Below the pieces are notes generated by a model. The model saw nothing but the letters and a program-made list of their open reading frames with translations. It had not been told where the DNA came from and did no database searches. The position numbers and the translations under genes are program-made. Source: Rozella allomycis CSF55 (taxonomy: Eukaryota). From it: DNA of 64,000 bases. The stretch spans positions 1 to 64,000 of the forward strand of contig KE561161.1 in assembly GCA_000442015.1 (NCBI GenBank), read 5' to 3'. Each line of letters opens with the position of its first letter. The first letter of the stretch is position 1. Positions 41,061-54,142 of the stretch are shown in pieces.

Positions 41061-44000
41061 ATGGAGGATATGCAGGAATTGGAGGAGTTGTATAAGAGGC
41101 GTGATTTTGAAACTATAGAGATGAGGCTGTCAAAGGAATCGGTAATTGTTGTATTAAAATATGAGAAGATTTGGAAGCAGGTTTTAGAAAAGATATTGAA
41201 TAATCTTGATTATTCTTTGCTCCGAATAGTTCTGTATGGTAAAATTTGTACGAGGCCTTGATGCAGGATGTTCAACACATACACCTTTGGGCAAGAGCAG
41301 ACGTAATTCCTTGTTTGTCCAATTATTTTCCAAAAGATTCAAGCAGGTTGTATTGAATTCCGAATTGTGTAGTTTCCTATCTTTGCAATTGGAGGGTGTA
41401 AGTGAAGAGATTATAGAAACTGCTACTGATAGTTTTCTGGAGCTGTGTAGAACATTCAAGGAAAAGGATGCACTTTATTTAGACTTGATGCCTGTTGTAT
41501 TTTCGCAGGCGATGAAGTTTAAGACATTGAAGAGTCCGATTGATGAAAGCGAAAGGATTGGTGGGAATGAGTACAAGGAGAAGATTATAGAGATGATGAT
41601 TGATAATAAATGGGATGCGACTATCTCTGTCTATCTTGCAATGTTGATGAAGGATGTGCAAATATCTAATAGTTTGACTCGAAGATTGATTAATGAGCTT
41701 TTAAAGTAAAGTTGCAATTTGAAAAGGAAAGATCGTTTAGCGCGTTGAGTTTGGAAGAGTTGCCACCGTTGGTGTATCAAATGTTAATTTTAGCTAAGGG
41801 AAACAGGGCGATAGTTTTCCATCATTTATCGCAATATTTTAATAGTTTGAATGCTGTTATAGAGGAAGAGTAAGAGTAACATTGAAAGAGAAAGTAGACC
41901 GTTGATTAATGAAGAATTGTTGGAGCAGATCCAGAGTACCCTTGTAGAGCACGTGTCATTTGGAATTAAGCAAAACCAAGTGAGAGATTAGTATTGAATT
42001 AAAAGGATTTGGGGAATGAATTTTTAAAGTATGTAAAGCAAGACAAGACGAGAAACTTTAATGCGTTTAATGTGGCGATATTGTTGTCGATAGCAAAGAT
42101 TCCTCAGTTTGAAGATCAAGTAAGAAGAATTGCGTTGTTTGAAAGGTGAATGAATTGTGTAGAACGTCAGTGTTGACGATTATTAAAGACAATCAAATGG
42201 TGATTCAAAGCAGAATAATGATGAATGAAGAATCGCAGCTATTTTATGTGAACGTTGAAGAGTTGTTTGAGACTGCCGTGCGATATTCGACTGGTGGAGC
42301 TTCATCGTTGATTAATTTAGCATTTTCGCTTTTAGATTCAAATTTTTCAATCTTTAAGAATATTGATAAACCCCTGGAATGGAAATTGAATGAATTTTCA
42401 ATTAATGAAAAAAGTAGCCAACTTGGCGTTTCAATTTTATTTTTTTGTTTTAATGAACATGAATTTATTAGATTAGAAATTTTAAATCAAATTTTTATTA
42501 AAATTTCATGTAAAAATAATGTTTCATTTTATGCAATTGAATTATTTAAAAGATTAATCTCATCTTGCCCAACCGAGATGCTGGAATTCACAAAAATAGT
42601 AAAATTTTATTTTTTTTCAAGATTTGTAGATTGAAGATTTTATTTTCAAAAAGATTAAAAATTTATCATTTTGCATGATTGAAACTTTTTTTTCATGTTT
42701 AGATCCACTGATCTGTTTAGATTGTGAATTTCATGCGAATCTATTGGAATTTTCTAAAAAGATTTCCAGATCTAAAATTTTAATGGAAAGAAAAGTTTTG
42801 CTTTATTTAACATTTTCACTTTTTAGATCTTCATTAAATTCATCTTTTCAAAATTCAGAATCTTTTCGTGAATCTTTTTCAGTTGAATGTGCTGAAATTC
42901 TTTCAATCTTTTTGTATTCAAATTATGACTTTGAAGAGAAATTGTTGAATTTGATTTCTTCAAACCCACAACGCCCAAATTTGAATTTGAATTATTTTGA
43001 AATTCATTTAAAACAAAAATTTGATTCTCTCGTTCGCTTCTCTGAAAACAAATGCAAAATTGTTTGGGACAAAATCATCGATGCAAACAACCACAACATG
43101 AACATTTTGGAACCATTAGGGTTGCTTTTATTAGTTTACAGCAAAGTTCAACCAGACAAGAATTATTACAAGATTAATTTATTCGTTACTGAAATTGCAA
43201 ATATTCAATTAGAGAATATTGTTGGCCCTGAATTAAACTTTGATTCTAACAGTGACCAGGGTAAACGGAATCTTTTAATTCTTTGCTCGTTAATTCCCTT
43301 AATGGAAGCTTCTGCAGAATATTTAATAGAAAATGAAAATTCTTCAATCAAATTGTTGGAAAAGATTATCATCTTCAACGCCCTTTTAAAAGATAAACTG
43401 GCGAGCAAAAAGGCTTCTCCACTAACTTGCATTTTAAGCACAGAATTTCTCTTTAGTTTGTTAAATATTGAAATAAATAATGACCAAGTTGATAAATTAA
43501 TTTTATCGCATTTGTTGAATAGAATTCAAAGTTTAGATAAAGAATCATTGACCAGGGTCATTCATCTAGCAATGTCCAAACTAGAAAGAGAAAATTCAAA
43601 ACAAGTTATTCACTTGTTGTGTGAAATATTATCTTGTTCATGTAAACAATTACACGTGTACCACGATGAGCTTGAAAGATTGAAAGATGTGCAAATTGAA
43701 GAATTCATAACAAATAAAAGTTGTAAATTTCTGGAATTGGGATACGAAAAGGAAGTTTTTCTTTTGTTGTCAATTCCAGTCAATTTTAGTTCAAAATTTT
43801 TAAAAGGATTATTAAGAATGGAAATTAGTGATATTCCACTCGCAAAATTAATTTTAAAGAAAATTTTGAAACAGAAACACTCAGTGCTGGTGGCTGTTTG
43901 TAGAGACTTTATGGCAGAGTTGGGCCAACACGATGCTGATGCTGAAATTCCAGAAGAGAAAACATTTTCAATTGTAACTTTTAAAAATGTTCAATTCTTG

Positions 44001-44682
44001 GCTTCAATTACAATTGATTACATTAACGAACAATTAGATTTGCTGAATTGGATTCTAGAGACTTGCACGAGTAAATTTAATCTTGTTTGAACATAAAGTG
44101 GAGTACAAGGAAGATGAACAAGTTTTAGAAAATTTATTTGAAATTGTTCACAACGATTTCAACAGACTAGCCAGCGGGTTGAGTGAATTATCTTGCACGC
44201 TATTCAACGATCTTCAAACAGACCAACTAATTTCTTCAATAACAGAATTCTACAAATCTTTAACAAACATCACAGTAATTCATCTCTTCAATTAATAAGC
44301 TGAAACACCACATCAAACAGAAACGAGCATTTGAGTCTTTCAAGAAAACAATTCATTTAATTTCAGAAAAATTATCTCCATTTGTTTACGATTTAATTCC
44401 ATTCGTGCAGAATGCTAAAAGAGCAAAAAAGAAGAAAAATGATCTGGAAAAAGTATTGGAAATTTACTAATCTAAAAATAGAAACAAGGGAAAGATTTGA
44501 AAATTATTCCTGCAATGGTTTATTCAATGGAACAGTTTGAAAGATTTTTATTGAAATTGGCTGAAAAGAATCAAGATCTGTTGGCTGGGGTTAGAAAGAG
44601 TACTGCAAGGGATTTCAAATTAACTCTACAAGGAATGGAGCCCCAAAAGAGGGTGAGAAAGGAAGGTGACGAACGAAGGTGA
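41061..44682 (+). CDS. FANCI: Fanconi anemia group I protein
   Basis: LEELPPLVYQML, HEFIRLEILNQI, LEPLGLLL, IPAMVYSMEQFERFLL, STARDFKL; about 10 introns. Confidence 0.85.
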
Positions 44683-44738
44683 AAGATTAAATAAAAAGGA
44701 TTAAAAAATATTAAGATTAAATGACTAAATATTCTCTT

Positions 44739-46290
44739 TTATTGGGATTGTAAGGGTGGAAGGGAATAATGATTCTTGTAAAATAAACCACACGAATTAC
44801 AAAGCGTCTTTCATCAATTTCAATTTCTTTTACCTTTTCACCATAAGGCCCAAATCTCAACAACGGCGTCTGCTCCAACGTACACAAACAATGCTTACAT
44901 CTCCAATTAACATCAAAATACGCTAAATGCATCAAACATATTAATTATTACCAGATTTAAATGGAATAAGATTACGAATATCACCGCGTTGAACGTACGG
45001 GCGTCTCTTGGCTGGATCTACTGAATACGTGCTCTCCTTTGATCTCAATTCTAGCAAATTCTCAAAAACCTTCTTGGGAAACGTTCTATTCGTCTTTGGT
45101 GGATCTCTCAACGCCCACAATTCAACCCGCCTTCCTCTATTCAACCGCCTCTTCCTTCTAGCATCCCTTTCTCTACTCTGCTCCAGCTTTTCCAAATCCT
45201 GGTCTGTTATCTCCATCAAAGAGGGCGAAAACAAATCTTGGATATCTTCATCCCTCAACGCATGATTCACAGGCAATAGAAATGCATCCTTCAACTCTAC
45301 ATCATCAACAGTCGCATTCTCTATATCAAAATTATATCCCGCTATCAACAAACTCTTCGTATGCCAGTATATTTGCTCTCTAATAGAATGCGCAATCGCT
45401 GTTGTAAACTCTCCATTCAGCCCCAATTCAGCCGACAAAATCAACGCAAATTCTTCAGGGTCAGTGGCTGGGTTGTAGTGATTAATGTCCCACTCAAATT
45501 GGTCAATTAAACTGACAGTCCCAATAGTTATATCCAGCTTTATTATTATTCGCAACTCATTCACACTCTCATGGTCAGGCTTCAAATAGTTGCTGAAATC
45601 CACAATCTGCTCTCTAATCGATTTGGATATCGGCGGCGAAAACAAACTGGTTGGTAAATCAAAATCTTGGCATATTATTTCGGCAAATACTTCAGGAGTT
45701 ACATTCTTCTCTTGAAGATGCCATGTAAATGTATCCCTATACTTTATTCCTTCAAACTCCAAATCTATCCTAATCGGTACTAGAATATCATGCGAATCCG
45801 ACGGAACATGCGAATAAACGATAGGCTTTTTGTAATCCCATCCAAATTCACTTCTCTGTCGCGAAAACTCTTGATGACTATCAGTCACTCTCTTTTTATT
45901 CCGCGCCAACTCTGTAAATTGTTCTTGGATTCTCTTTTTCTGTTCTTCACTCAATTTCAAATATTCCTTTTCTTTTTCAGTTAGTCCATCAGTCGAAACT
46001 ACATCCGCCTTAATTACCGGCATGCATCTTATATCTTCTACTTCTATTTGCACAGTCTTCATTCCTTCCAGCTTTGGCAATATATCTTGCGCTCTAAGAA
46101 AAATAGAATTCACAGGAAGCACTTGGTTATTCTGCAAAACTAATTCCTGTTCTTCGTTGGACGGCGTCTTGGAATACAACATACTGTATTTATTCAAAAA
46201 TGTCCCCTGATCACTTTGAAATAGTGCAGCAACTTCTGAAGCCAAGACATACTCGCTATCGTGGAAAATAAATCTCTTGATTCGCACCAT
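44739..46290 (-). CDS. SNF5: SNF5/SMARCB1 homolog with N-terminal winged-helix-like domain and C-terminal GATA-type finger
   Basis: LVPIRIDLE..RDTFTW, DQFEWDI, LGLNGEFTTAIAHSIREQ; spliced tail CKHC-x20-CNSC. Confidence 0.9.
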
Positions 46291-46342
46291 GAAATTTGCC
46301 AAACTGGACTAGGAAAATTCAGCCAGGGTCTCCGTATTTGTA

Positions 46343-46875
46343 ATGGTAATAACACAACCAGCTCTATATTTAGCCATTAGCAGAAGAACAAGTGAGTGAC
46401 TATAAAGAAGCCTTTTGTTTATTTGATCGTTCTGGACAAGGTCACATTGAAGCTCATCAACTTGGCGATCTTTTGAGATCACTCGGATACAACCCCACTC
46501 AAGCTCAAGTCAAGGAAATGATAAACAAAATTAATAATCAACCACTATCCTTTGACAGCTTTCTACGATTTGTAGAAGGAGATTTGCAAACCTTTCAGTT
46601 TCCTAATCCAACCCTAGAAGAATTGGTTCAAGGTAAACTTATTTTAAAACATATATAGGATTTCAAGTTTTTGACAAGGAAGGGAATGGTTTTATTTCAG
46701 TTGGCGAATTAAGATACGGTAATTAGAATCAAGCCAAATATATTTAGTGCTAACTTCATTGGGTGAAAAATTAACTGATGAAGAAGTGGATGAAATCCTT
46801 AAACAAACAGACGTTGTTGGGAAAGAAGGTTTTGTTCAATATGAGGAGTTTATAAAGAAGATATTAAATGGATAA
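46343..46875 (+). CDS. Myosin essential light chain (Cdc4/Mlc1-like EF-hand)
   Basis: YKEAFCLFD, LGDLLRSLGYNPT, GFQVFDKEGNG, ELRYVLTSLGEKL. Confidence 0.9.
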
Positions 46876-46970
46876 ATAAATCGAAAATTCTATTTAATTG
46901 ATTTTAAAAATAAAATATAGACAACAGTTACTGCAATCATAGACTGTTCATTGTGCAGGGGTTGAAAGAA

Positions 46971-47817
46971 ATGGATCGTTTGATGAACAAAGTCGTTTTT
47001 ATTACTGGCGCTTCTTCAGGTATCGGACAAGCATGTGCTCATTTATTTGCATCTTTCGGATCGAAATTAGTAAATTAACGTTTACGGAGTTTTAGATTAT
47101 CACGGCAAGGAGAGAAGACAAACTTAATGAATTAAAACTAAGCTTAATTCAAAAATATCCCGCTGCTGAAATCCAAGTTGCAAGAATGGACGTATCAAAA
47201 CCTGATAGTGTCTTACAGCTCTTTAAAAGCAATGACTGGGTGATTGACGTCTTGATTAATAACGCTGGTTTAGCACTAGGCACAGAACATGTAAGTGACA
47301 TCAATTTTGAAGATGTGGACACAGTCATGGATACCAACGTGAAAGGTGTGGATTAAAGATAGCATATACTTAAGGGCTACTTTATGTTACTAATCAAGCT
47401 CTTCAAAATATGAAAAAGCATGACAGAGGACATATCATTAACATCGGCTCAGTGGCGGGCACACAAGCATATCCAGGTGGATCGATTTATTGTGCATCCA
47501 AACACGCCGTTGATTCAATTACTAAATCGTTGCGTATGGAACTTGTTGATACGCAAATACGAGTAACAAGCATATCACCTGGTAGATCGTTAAAGTCTAT
47601 TTAAAAAGGACTCGTTGAAACCGATTTTTCCAATGTAAGGTTTAAAGGAGATTCAGATAAAGCCAAAAATGTATATAAAGGTATAAAAGCATTAAATGCT
47701 GAAGATGTTGCTGAGGCTGTTATATTCGCTGCTTCACGCCCATCGCACGTCCAAGTTGCAGATATATTGATATTTCCAACCAATCAAGCATCAGCATATC
47801 ATGTGCATAGACAATAA
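46971..47817 (+). CDS. SDR oxidoreductase (YdfG/YMR226C-like)
   Basis: ITGASSGIG, NNAGLALG, YCASK, PGLVETDFSNVRF. Confidence 0.92.
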
Positions 47818-47867
47818 ATTATTTGAATACCTTTGAATATTTTACATTTCGTTCAGCCACTGGCGTT

Positions 47868-49305
47868 ATGACACGTCAATCAATAATCCGATTTGCTAAA
47901 CTTGCAGTTTTAATAGCAAGCGTGTTATCTCTTTATTTTTCAATTTCATGCATATATAGGAAGGAAGATTTTTATGCTGCTTCTGTCTCCTTCAAACGGA
48001 ATAAGTTAGCTTTCACGGTAAAGAATATGGATTCACATTAACTGTGCCTAATACTGACAATAGAAGGAGTATTATTTGGTTTTATGTATTCTCTTATCAA
48101 GATAATATTTGGATCTATAAGGTTAGTTGAAGAGGAGGTAAAAGTATACCTTGGAAATGATAGCACATATTTGAAGAGCTATCTGCTAGCATATTTCAGG
48201 GATTATTTGCGTTGACGATGTTTAGAAATTCTGTGAATAGTAGCGATTTCAATATTTTACTATGCGGTTTGTTTTGCTGGTCATGCTTCCATTGGATATA
48301 TCAACATAGATCTGACCTAATTGTCCAGGTACCGAATCTAGGCGTTACCTACCATGTAAAAATGGCTTCGGCAACTCTTTTGATAACATTTATCGATTTA
48401 AGTATCTTATTGTATTGTTTTGATCATTTGACAGAACATGGTGTTGATCTACACTTTTATTTTCTGTATAACATTTCTATTTTATTTGTTGGATTCATGT
48501 TTAATTTGACAAAATACGTTTTAAATCTTCTTGAGATGTTCAAACCAAATGAGTGGCATGACAAATCGCTTTACTTGTTCTATGCTGAGTTGGTGCAAGA
48601 TTTACTTAAAGTGATTGTTCTATGCTCCTACTTTTATATGGTAACCATCTCGTTCGGCCTTCCTCTCTATTTGATTCGTGATTGCATTTTCAGTTTTGCC
48701 AGTTTGATAAAAAAGATCAAACAATTGCTTAATTTCCATAAAACAATGAGAGATCTTCAAAATAGGTATTGATAATAATTCTATATTTTGAAAGGTACCC
48801 TGACGCAACCCCCGATGAATTGGCATCAGGCGACCGGGTTTGTATTATTTGCAGGGAAAACATGGACACAGCTAAAAGGTTATCCTGTGGCCATTTATTT
48901 CATTTTAATTGCTTAAGAAGATGGATTGAAAGACACAACGTTTGTCCCACATGCAGACAGCCTTTAGACTCTAGACCCGCTAATACAAATACTAATGCCA
49001 ACGAAAATAACGATATTCCAAATGCACCTAATAATACAAATGAAGAATTATTAAGAGCATTGCAAGAACACGAGAGAATCAGAGAGGTCCTAGACAACTT
49101 AAGAAATCGCCCCATTGGTGAAAATAACCAACGCGAAAGAATTCAAGCAAATTTAAACAATTTGATCGACGAAGAAGAACAAACTCGGCGTTATCTTGTT
49201 GCCCAAATTCAATACTTGAAATTCCTGAGTAACAGAGCGAATTCCATGATTCAAGACTATCATAGAATACAAGATGAGATTTTAAATAACCAAAATAATC
49301 AATAA
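47868..49305 (+). CDS. HRD1: ERAD E3 ligase Hrd1/synoviolin-like
   Basis: Multi-TM N-terminus, FGLPLYLIRD, YPDAT..DRVCIICRE..CGHLFH..C..W..CPTCR; the first intron is GT-TG. Confidence 0.88.
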
Positions 49306-49390
49306 ATTTCATCCAACTTTTGATCACTTATTTTAAAATTAAGAAAAGTAATTAATGAATTTACTTCTGCCTGACCTCTTGTGGCTAAGC

Positions 49391-51851
49391 ATGACTCAAG
49401 AAAAACCGATCTGGTTTGCACCAAAAAACGAAAAAGAACCAAGTGGTCTTCAAGTGAAAAATTCATTCAAGAATGAAAAAGTATGAAAAACATTTCTAGC
49501 TTATAGGTTCCTTTTGTTCCTCAACAGGGAAAATTGATAAAGTGGTATTCCTGTGGCCCAACTGTTTATGATGCAGCACATATGGGGCATGCTAGGACTT
49601 ATATTACCTTTGACATTATAAGAAGAATTTTAGAAGACTATTTTGGATATGATATATATTATGTTATGAATATAACAGATATTGATGACAAGGTTGGAAT
49701 GATTTGAATTTAACAAAGATTATTATAAGAGCACGTCAAAAATATTTGTTTGATGAATATTTAAAGAAAAACGTTACTTTGGAGGAATTAAAATCGGATA
49801 TCATGGAAGCCGCTAAATTTGTTGCAGAAAAGTATCTGAATTTAAAAGATTTAAAACAAAATGAATTAATTGAAAAAATATCTGCTATTATTTCCGAAGA
49901 TCCTAAAGTTTTGATGCATAAAAAGTCAATTCTTGCAGGCCTAACATCAAAAAGTCAAACCCCTGTCGAAATAGCTGAAGCCGCTAAAGACATTTTAACT
50001 TACTGGCTAGATGACAAAATGGGTGCATCTGTCACTGACATTAAAATATTTAGAGATCTTTCTGTCCACTGGGAAAAAGAATTCATGAAAGACATGGAAT
50101 TGTTAAATGTAAATAACTTGTTTAAAGTAGAAAAGGTTTTGCCATCTGATGTGTTAACACGTGTGAGTGAATATGTACCTGAAATTGTCGATTTTGTTCA
50201 AAAAGTGATTGACCATGGATTTGCGTAATTGATTTAATAATTTTCAATGAGTTACGAAGCTGATGGATCTGTTTATTTTGATACTCAAGCCTTTGATAAA
50301 GATCCCAACCATTCTTACTGCAAACTGAAGCCTAGTGCCAAAGGCAACGTAAAATTGATGGAGGAAGGTGAAGGATCATTGTCTTCACACACCTCGAGTA
50401 AAAAATCTCCAGCTGATTTCGCCCTTTGGAAAAAATCCAAGCCTGGCGAACCAGCATGGAACTCTCCTTGGAGCCAGGGTAGGCCAGGTTGGCATGTTGA
50501 ATGCTCAGCAATGGCTGGTGATGTTCTCGGCTCATGCCTGGACATTCATTCCGGTGGTATAGATTTATGCTTTCCCCATCATGATAACGAACTTGCTCAA
50601 TCTGAAGTAATTTGAATATGCCTAATTGACCAGGGTTTCTTTAACAATAAGCAATGGGTGAACTATTTCCTTCATGCGGGTCATTTGCACATTGAGGGAC
50701 AAAAAATGTCTAAATCACTAAAAAATTTTATTACTATAAGGGAAGCTTTGGCAAAATACAGCAGTCGCCAGATTAGACTGTTGTTCTTGCTTCATAGCTG
50801 GTCTGATGTTTTGGATTATAAAGAAAGCTCAATGAAAGAGGCTATTAATGTTGAGCAAACATTATTTAATTTCTTCTCTAATGTTCAAACAATCATTAGA
50901 GAGGTTTCTCTGTTGGATATTTCACAAAACAACGATCATGACTTTAGAAAGAAAGAAAAAGATTTGGTTGAATTGTAAAATATGATTATTTAATTAAAAG
51001 TTTATTGGATAGACAAAGTGACATTCACGAAGCGCTTTGTGACTCATTTAATACACCACTTGTTATGAGAGCGTTACTTGACATTATTTCTCAATGCAAT
51101 GTTTACATGAAAGAAACTCCAAAGCCTTCTGTTTATCCATTAAAAAAAAGTGCTGATTTTGTTACAAGAATTTGCAAAGTAAACAATAAAGTTAAACTAA
51201 AAAAAGATATTTGGGNTTAAATTAAAAAAGATATTTGGAGTGATTGAGACAAGAGGAACTATTGGATTTCCTGTCCAAACGTCTTCTTCCTCTCTTGAAG
51301 AAAGTCTAATTCCTTATCTTAATACTTTGGCTGATTATCGCGATAAGATTAGAGACTTGGCAATCAATAATGCAGATTCCAAACAATACTTGATATTGAG
51401 CGATAAATTAAGAGACGAAGATCTTTTAAATCTTGGAGTTCTTTTGGAAGACAGAGATGGCTCAACCAAAGTAAAATTGGTGGACAAGGATTTTGTCGTC
51501 AAAATGAGGCAAGAGAAAAAGCAAGTAGACAATTTTATCTTTTCATGATTTAGCGTGATGAAGAAAGAGAGAGAAATAAAGCTCTGGTGGCCGCTGAAAA
51601 AGAAAGAAAAAAGCAAGAAAAAATTGAAAAGGCAAAAATAAGTCCTAATGAAATGTTTAAAATTGGTGATTATAAAGACTTATTTTCAAAATTCGATGAA
51701 ACGGTAAAATTATTCACTTTTTTGTTAGAAGGGATTTCCAACCCATGACAACAAGGGTGAAGAACTAGCAAAATCAAAAACGAAAAAATTGAGAAAAGAA
51801 TTCGACGCGCAATTAAAACTTCATGATCAATACATAAATGGCACCCTTTAA
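49391..51851 (+). CDS. CARS1: Cysteinyl-tRNA synthetase
   Basis: [38 protein letters not shown]; 9 introns. Confidence 0.97.
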
Positions 51852-51879
51852 TTTCGCACTTACAATAAATGCACTTTAT

Positions 51880-52787
51880 TTATGTTAATGTTGCTGTAGC
51901 ACCTATCCTTGCTTTCACTTGTGATGGCCCAGCATGGCTACTTAGTTGGAAGCTTCTCTTTCTCAATGTTTCCACCAATCCTCTTTCTGTGATTATTAAT
52001 AATTGATAAATAGCACATGTTGAAAGACACACAGTCAATCCGTGTTGACTAAGCAAACGATGAAAAATGGCCAATATCATGACAATGTTCACTATCAATA
52101 TCATAAACGAGCGAATGACAGAACTTTTGATTACAGCAACTTGAATCGGCGCTCCCACGTTCGATAGGTATTGTTTCGCATCATTCAGGTATTGTCGTAA
52201 TGATTGAATTGTCACAGTGGTTACAATGATATCAACAAGCATATCAATAACTACAAATGTGGTAAGAACATCAACATCCCACCCATACATACAAACACCA
52301 TCCATCATCTTGGCACCAGGAAAGACCAAATTCATAACACTGACAATTCCCCTAACGGCCACCGTAAAATAAGAAAACCACATAACATATTTGTTTTTAA
52401 AGCTTAAAAGTATCGCCCGGTANCGACGATTCCTCTAACCGCCACCGTAAAATAGGAAAACCACATAACATATTTGTTTTTAAAGCTTAAAAGTATCGCC
52501 CGGTAAAGGAGCAGATAGTCTATTCCCATCATCCCCATGCTTTCCAAGAAATTGGCTATTCTAACCGTTGTATCGCAATCAAATGGATATACGCCTTGAA
52601 ACACAACTATGACTAATAGAGCCCATGAAGCAAACGAAAATGAAGAAACTACTTTGGTGTATGTATCAAGTGTCCTTGATTTTTGAGCAAGAACAGTGAA
52701 CAAAGAATATACAAACAGAATTAAACTTACAGTCAACAAAAACATAGCTGACATCAAGATTTGCACAACAGAAATCGGATATGTCAT
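51880..52787 (-). CDS. Orphan 7TM-like membrane protein
   Basis: About 7 hydrophobic segments after collapsing the duplication at N52423; intronless. Confidence 0.65.
52344..52505. repeat. Tandem duplication around N52423 (probable allelic artefact)
   Basis: About 80-nt copies with several SNPs. Confidence 0.85.
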
Positions 52788-52835
52788 GGTTGTAGCGAGG
52801 TCGGAGAATAAAAATTATAAATAGGTGGAAAAGAT

Positions 52836-52907
52836 TTCCGCATCGGGGAATCGAACCCCGGCCTTTGCGGTGAAAGCGCAAAATCCTAGCCACTAGACCA
52901 ATGCGGA
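52836..52907 (-). tRNA. tRNA-Glu(UUC)
   Basis: TCCGCAT/ATGCGGA acceptor stem, TTGCG-CTTTCAC-CGCAA anticodon arm, GGTTCGATTCC T-arm. Confidence 0.95.
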
Positions 52908-52909
52908 TG

Positions 52910-54032
52910 TTATGTGTTATTTATTAAATATTTCAATCTTTGAAGGGCGTAAGAGTAATAGTCAAAAGTCATTCCTTTTTGTTTGTTAGCCAGCAAAAAA
53001 CCCCATATGCACCAAAATAGATGAGACAAAGGCACAAAACTCATAACTATCAAATCGAATTGTTCAAGTTGCACGTTTTCTTTTTCTTCAAAGTATGCCC
53101 GGTAAAAGTTGTATCGTTCTTCAAGAGAAGGAAACAAATTTTGATGGAGAATGTGGGGATTTTCACTGTCATAGTTGGCCATCCATTCACAAAAGTGGTT
53201 TGCTATATCATATTCCCTTTGTGCAATTAACGAATATTCAAAGTCGATTAGCATCAAGTTTTCATCCTCATCACAAAGAATGTTCCCATATTGAAGCTAT
53301 TCGTTAAATATAAATTAGCCATTACATCACCATGAATAAGACAGGTTTGTTCATCTTCATAGGAGTTTTCCAGTTTCATCTTTAGCTCTTTCAATTTATT
53401 ATCAATGATTTCTATGTGATTTTGTTCAAGATTCTGATTTGAAAGTAGTAGCGTGTACCATTTGTCCAGTTGACTCCAGATTTGAGTGCTTTTCTCCTTT
53501 ACCTCAACACAATGTAATATGCGCAACTGCTTTGCTATTTTCTTTGAAATACCTGGCTTGCGCATATTTGATGGCGTCAAAGGTGCTACTCCTTGAATGT
53601 ACTCCTCCACACGACCGAAATCAAAAGCTGCCAGAATGCGGGGCATCAACCCTTTTGCAGAAATTTTAGAGGCCAATCTCACTTCTCGACTTCTAGATAT
53701 TAAATGAGTGGTGCCGCTGCCGTAAAATCTAATTAACAAGGGTGAACTATTGCTGAAATGGCAAACAAATACAATGTTGCTCAATGCTGCATCTAGACGC
53801 TCCACAGAGATGATTCCAGCTGACTGATACTTTGGAACATGATTAATTATATTTTGAATTTCATGAATTGTTGGTATATGTTCGATACCTGGACTTATCT
53901 TACATTGACATCACTTTGTTACTCCATAATAATCGGAGTGGTTATATCTTTCTCAGTCACATCATATACATCGGCATTGGCTATAGCATCGGTTAATTTT
54001 TCTTTGCTATCATAAAATAATGGTATAGTCAT
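52910..54032 (-). CDS. Choline/ethanolamine kinase
   Basis: LLIRFYG, GRVEEYI, HGDLQYGNIL, IDFEYS, DIANHFCEW, SHLFWCIW. Confidence 0.93.
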
Positions 54033-54142
54033 GTTTTGACGATTGAAGCTTATTTTTGAAGCCTAATTAATGAGACTCGCTTTTGATTGAATCAAGACAT
54101 GTAATGGTTATCTTTATTAAAAAGTCAAGATAATAATTTATT

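Noticed and set aside
44275..44302. FANCI intron could end at AAG (25 nt) or CTG (28 nt)
   Set aside because: Both are in frame, so the sequence alone cannot count it as a sixth TG intron.
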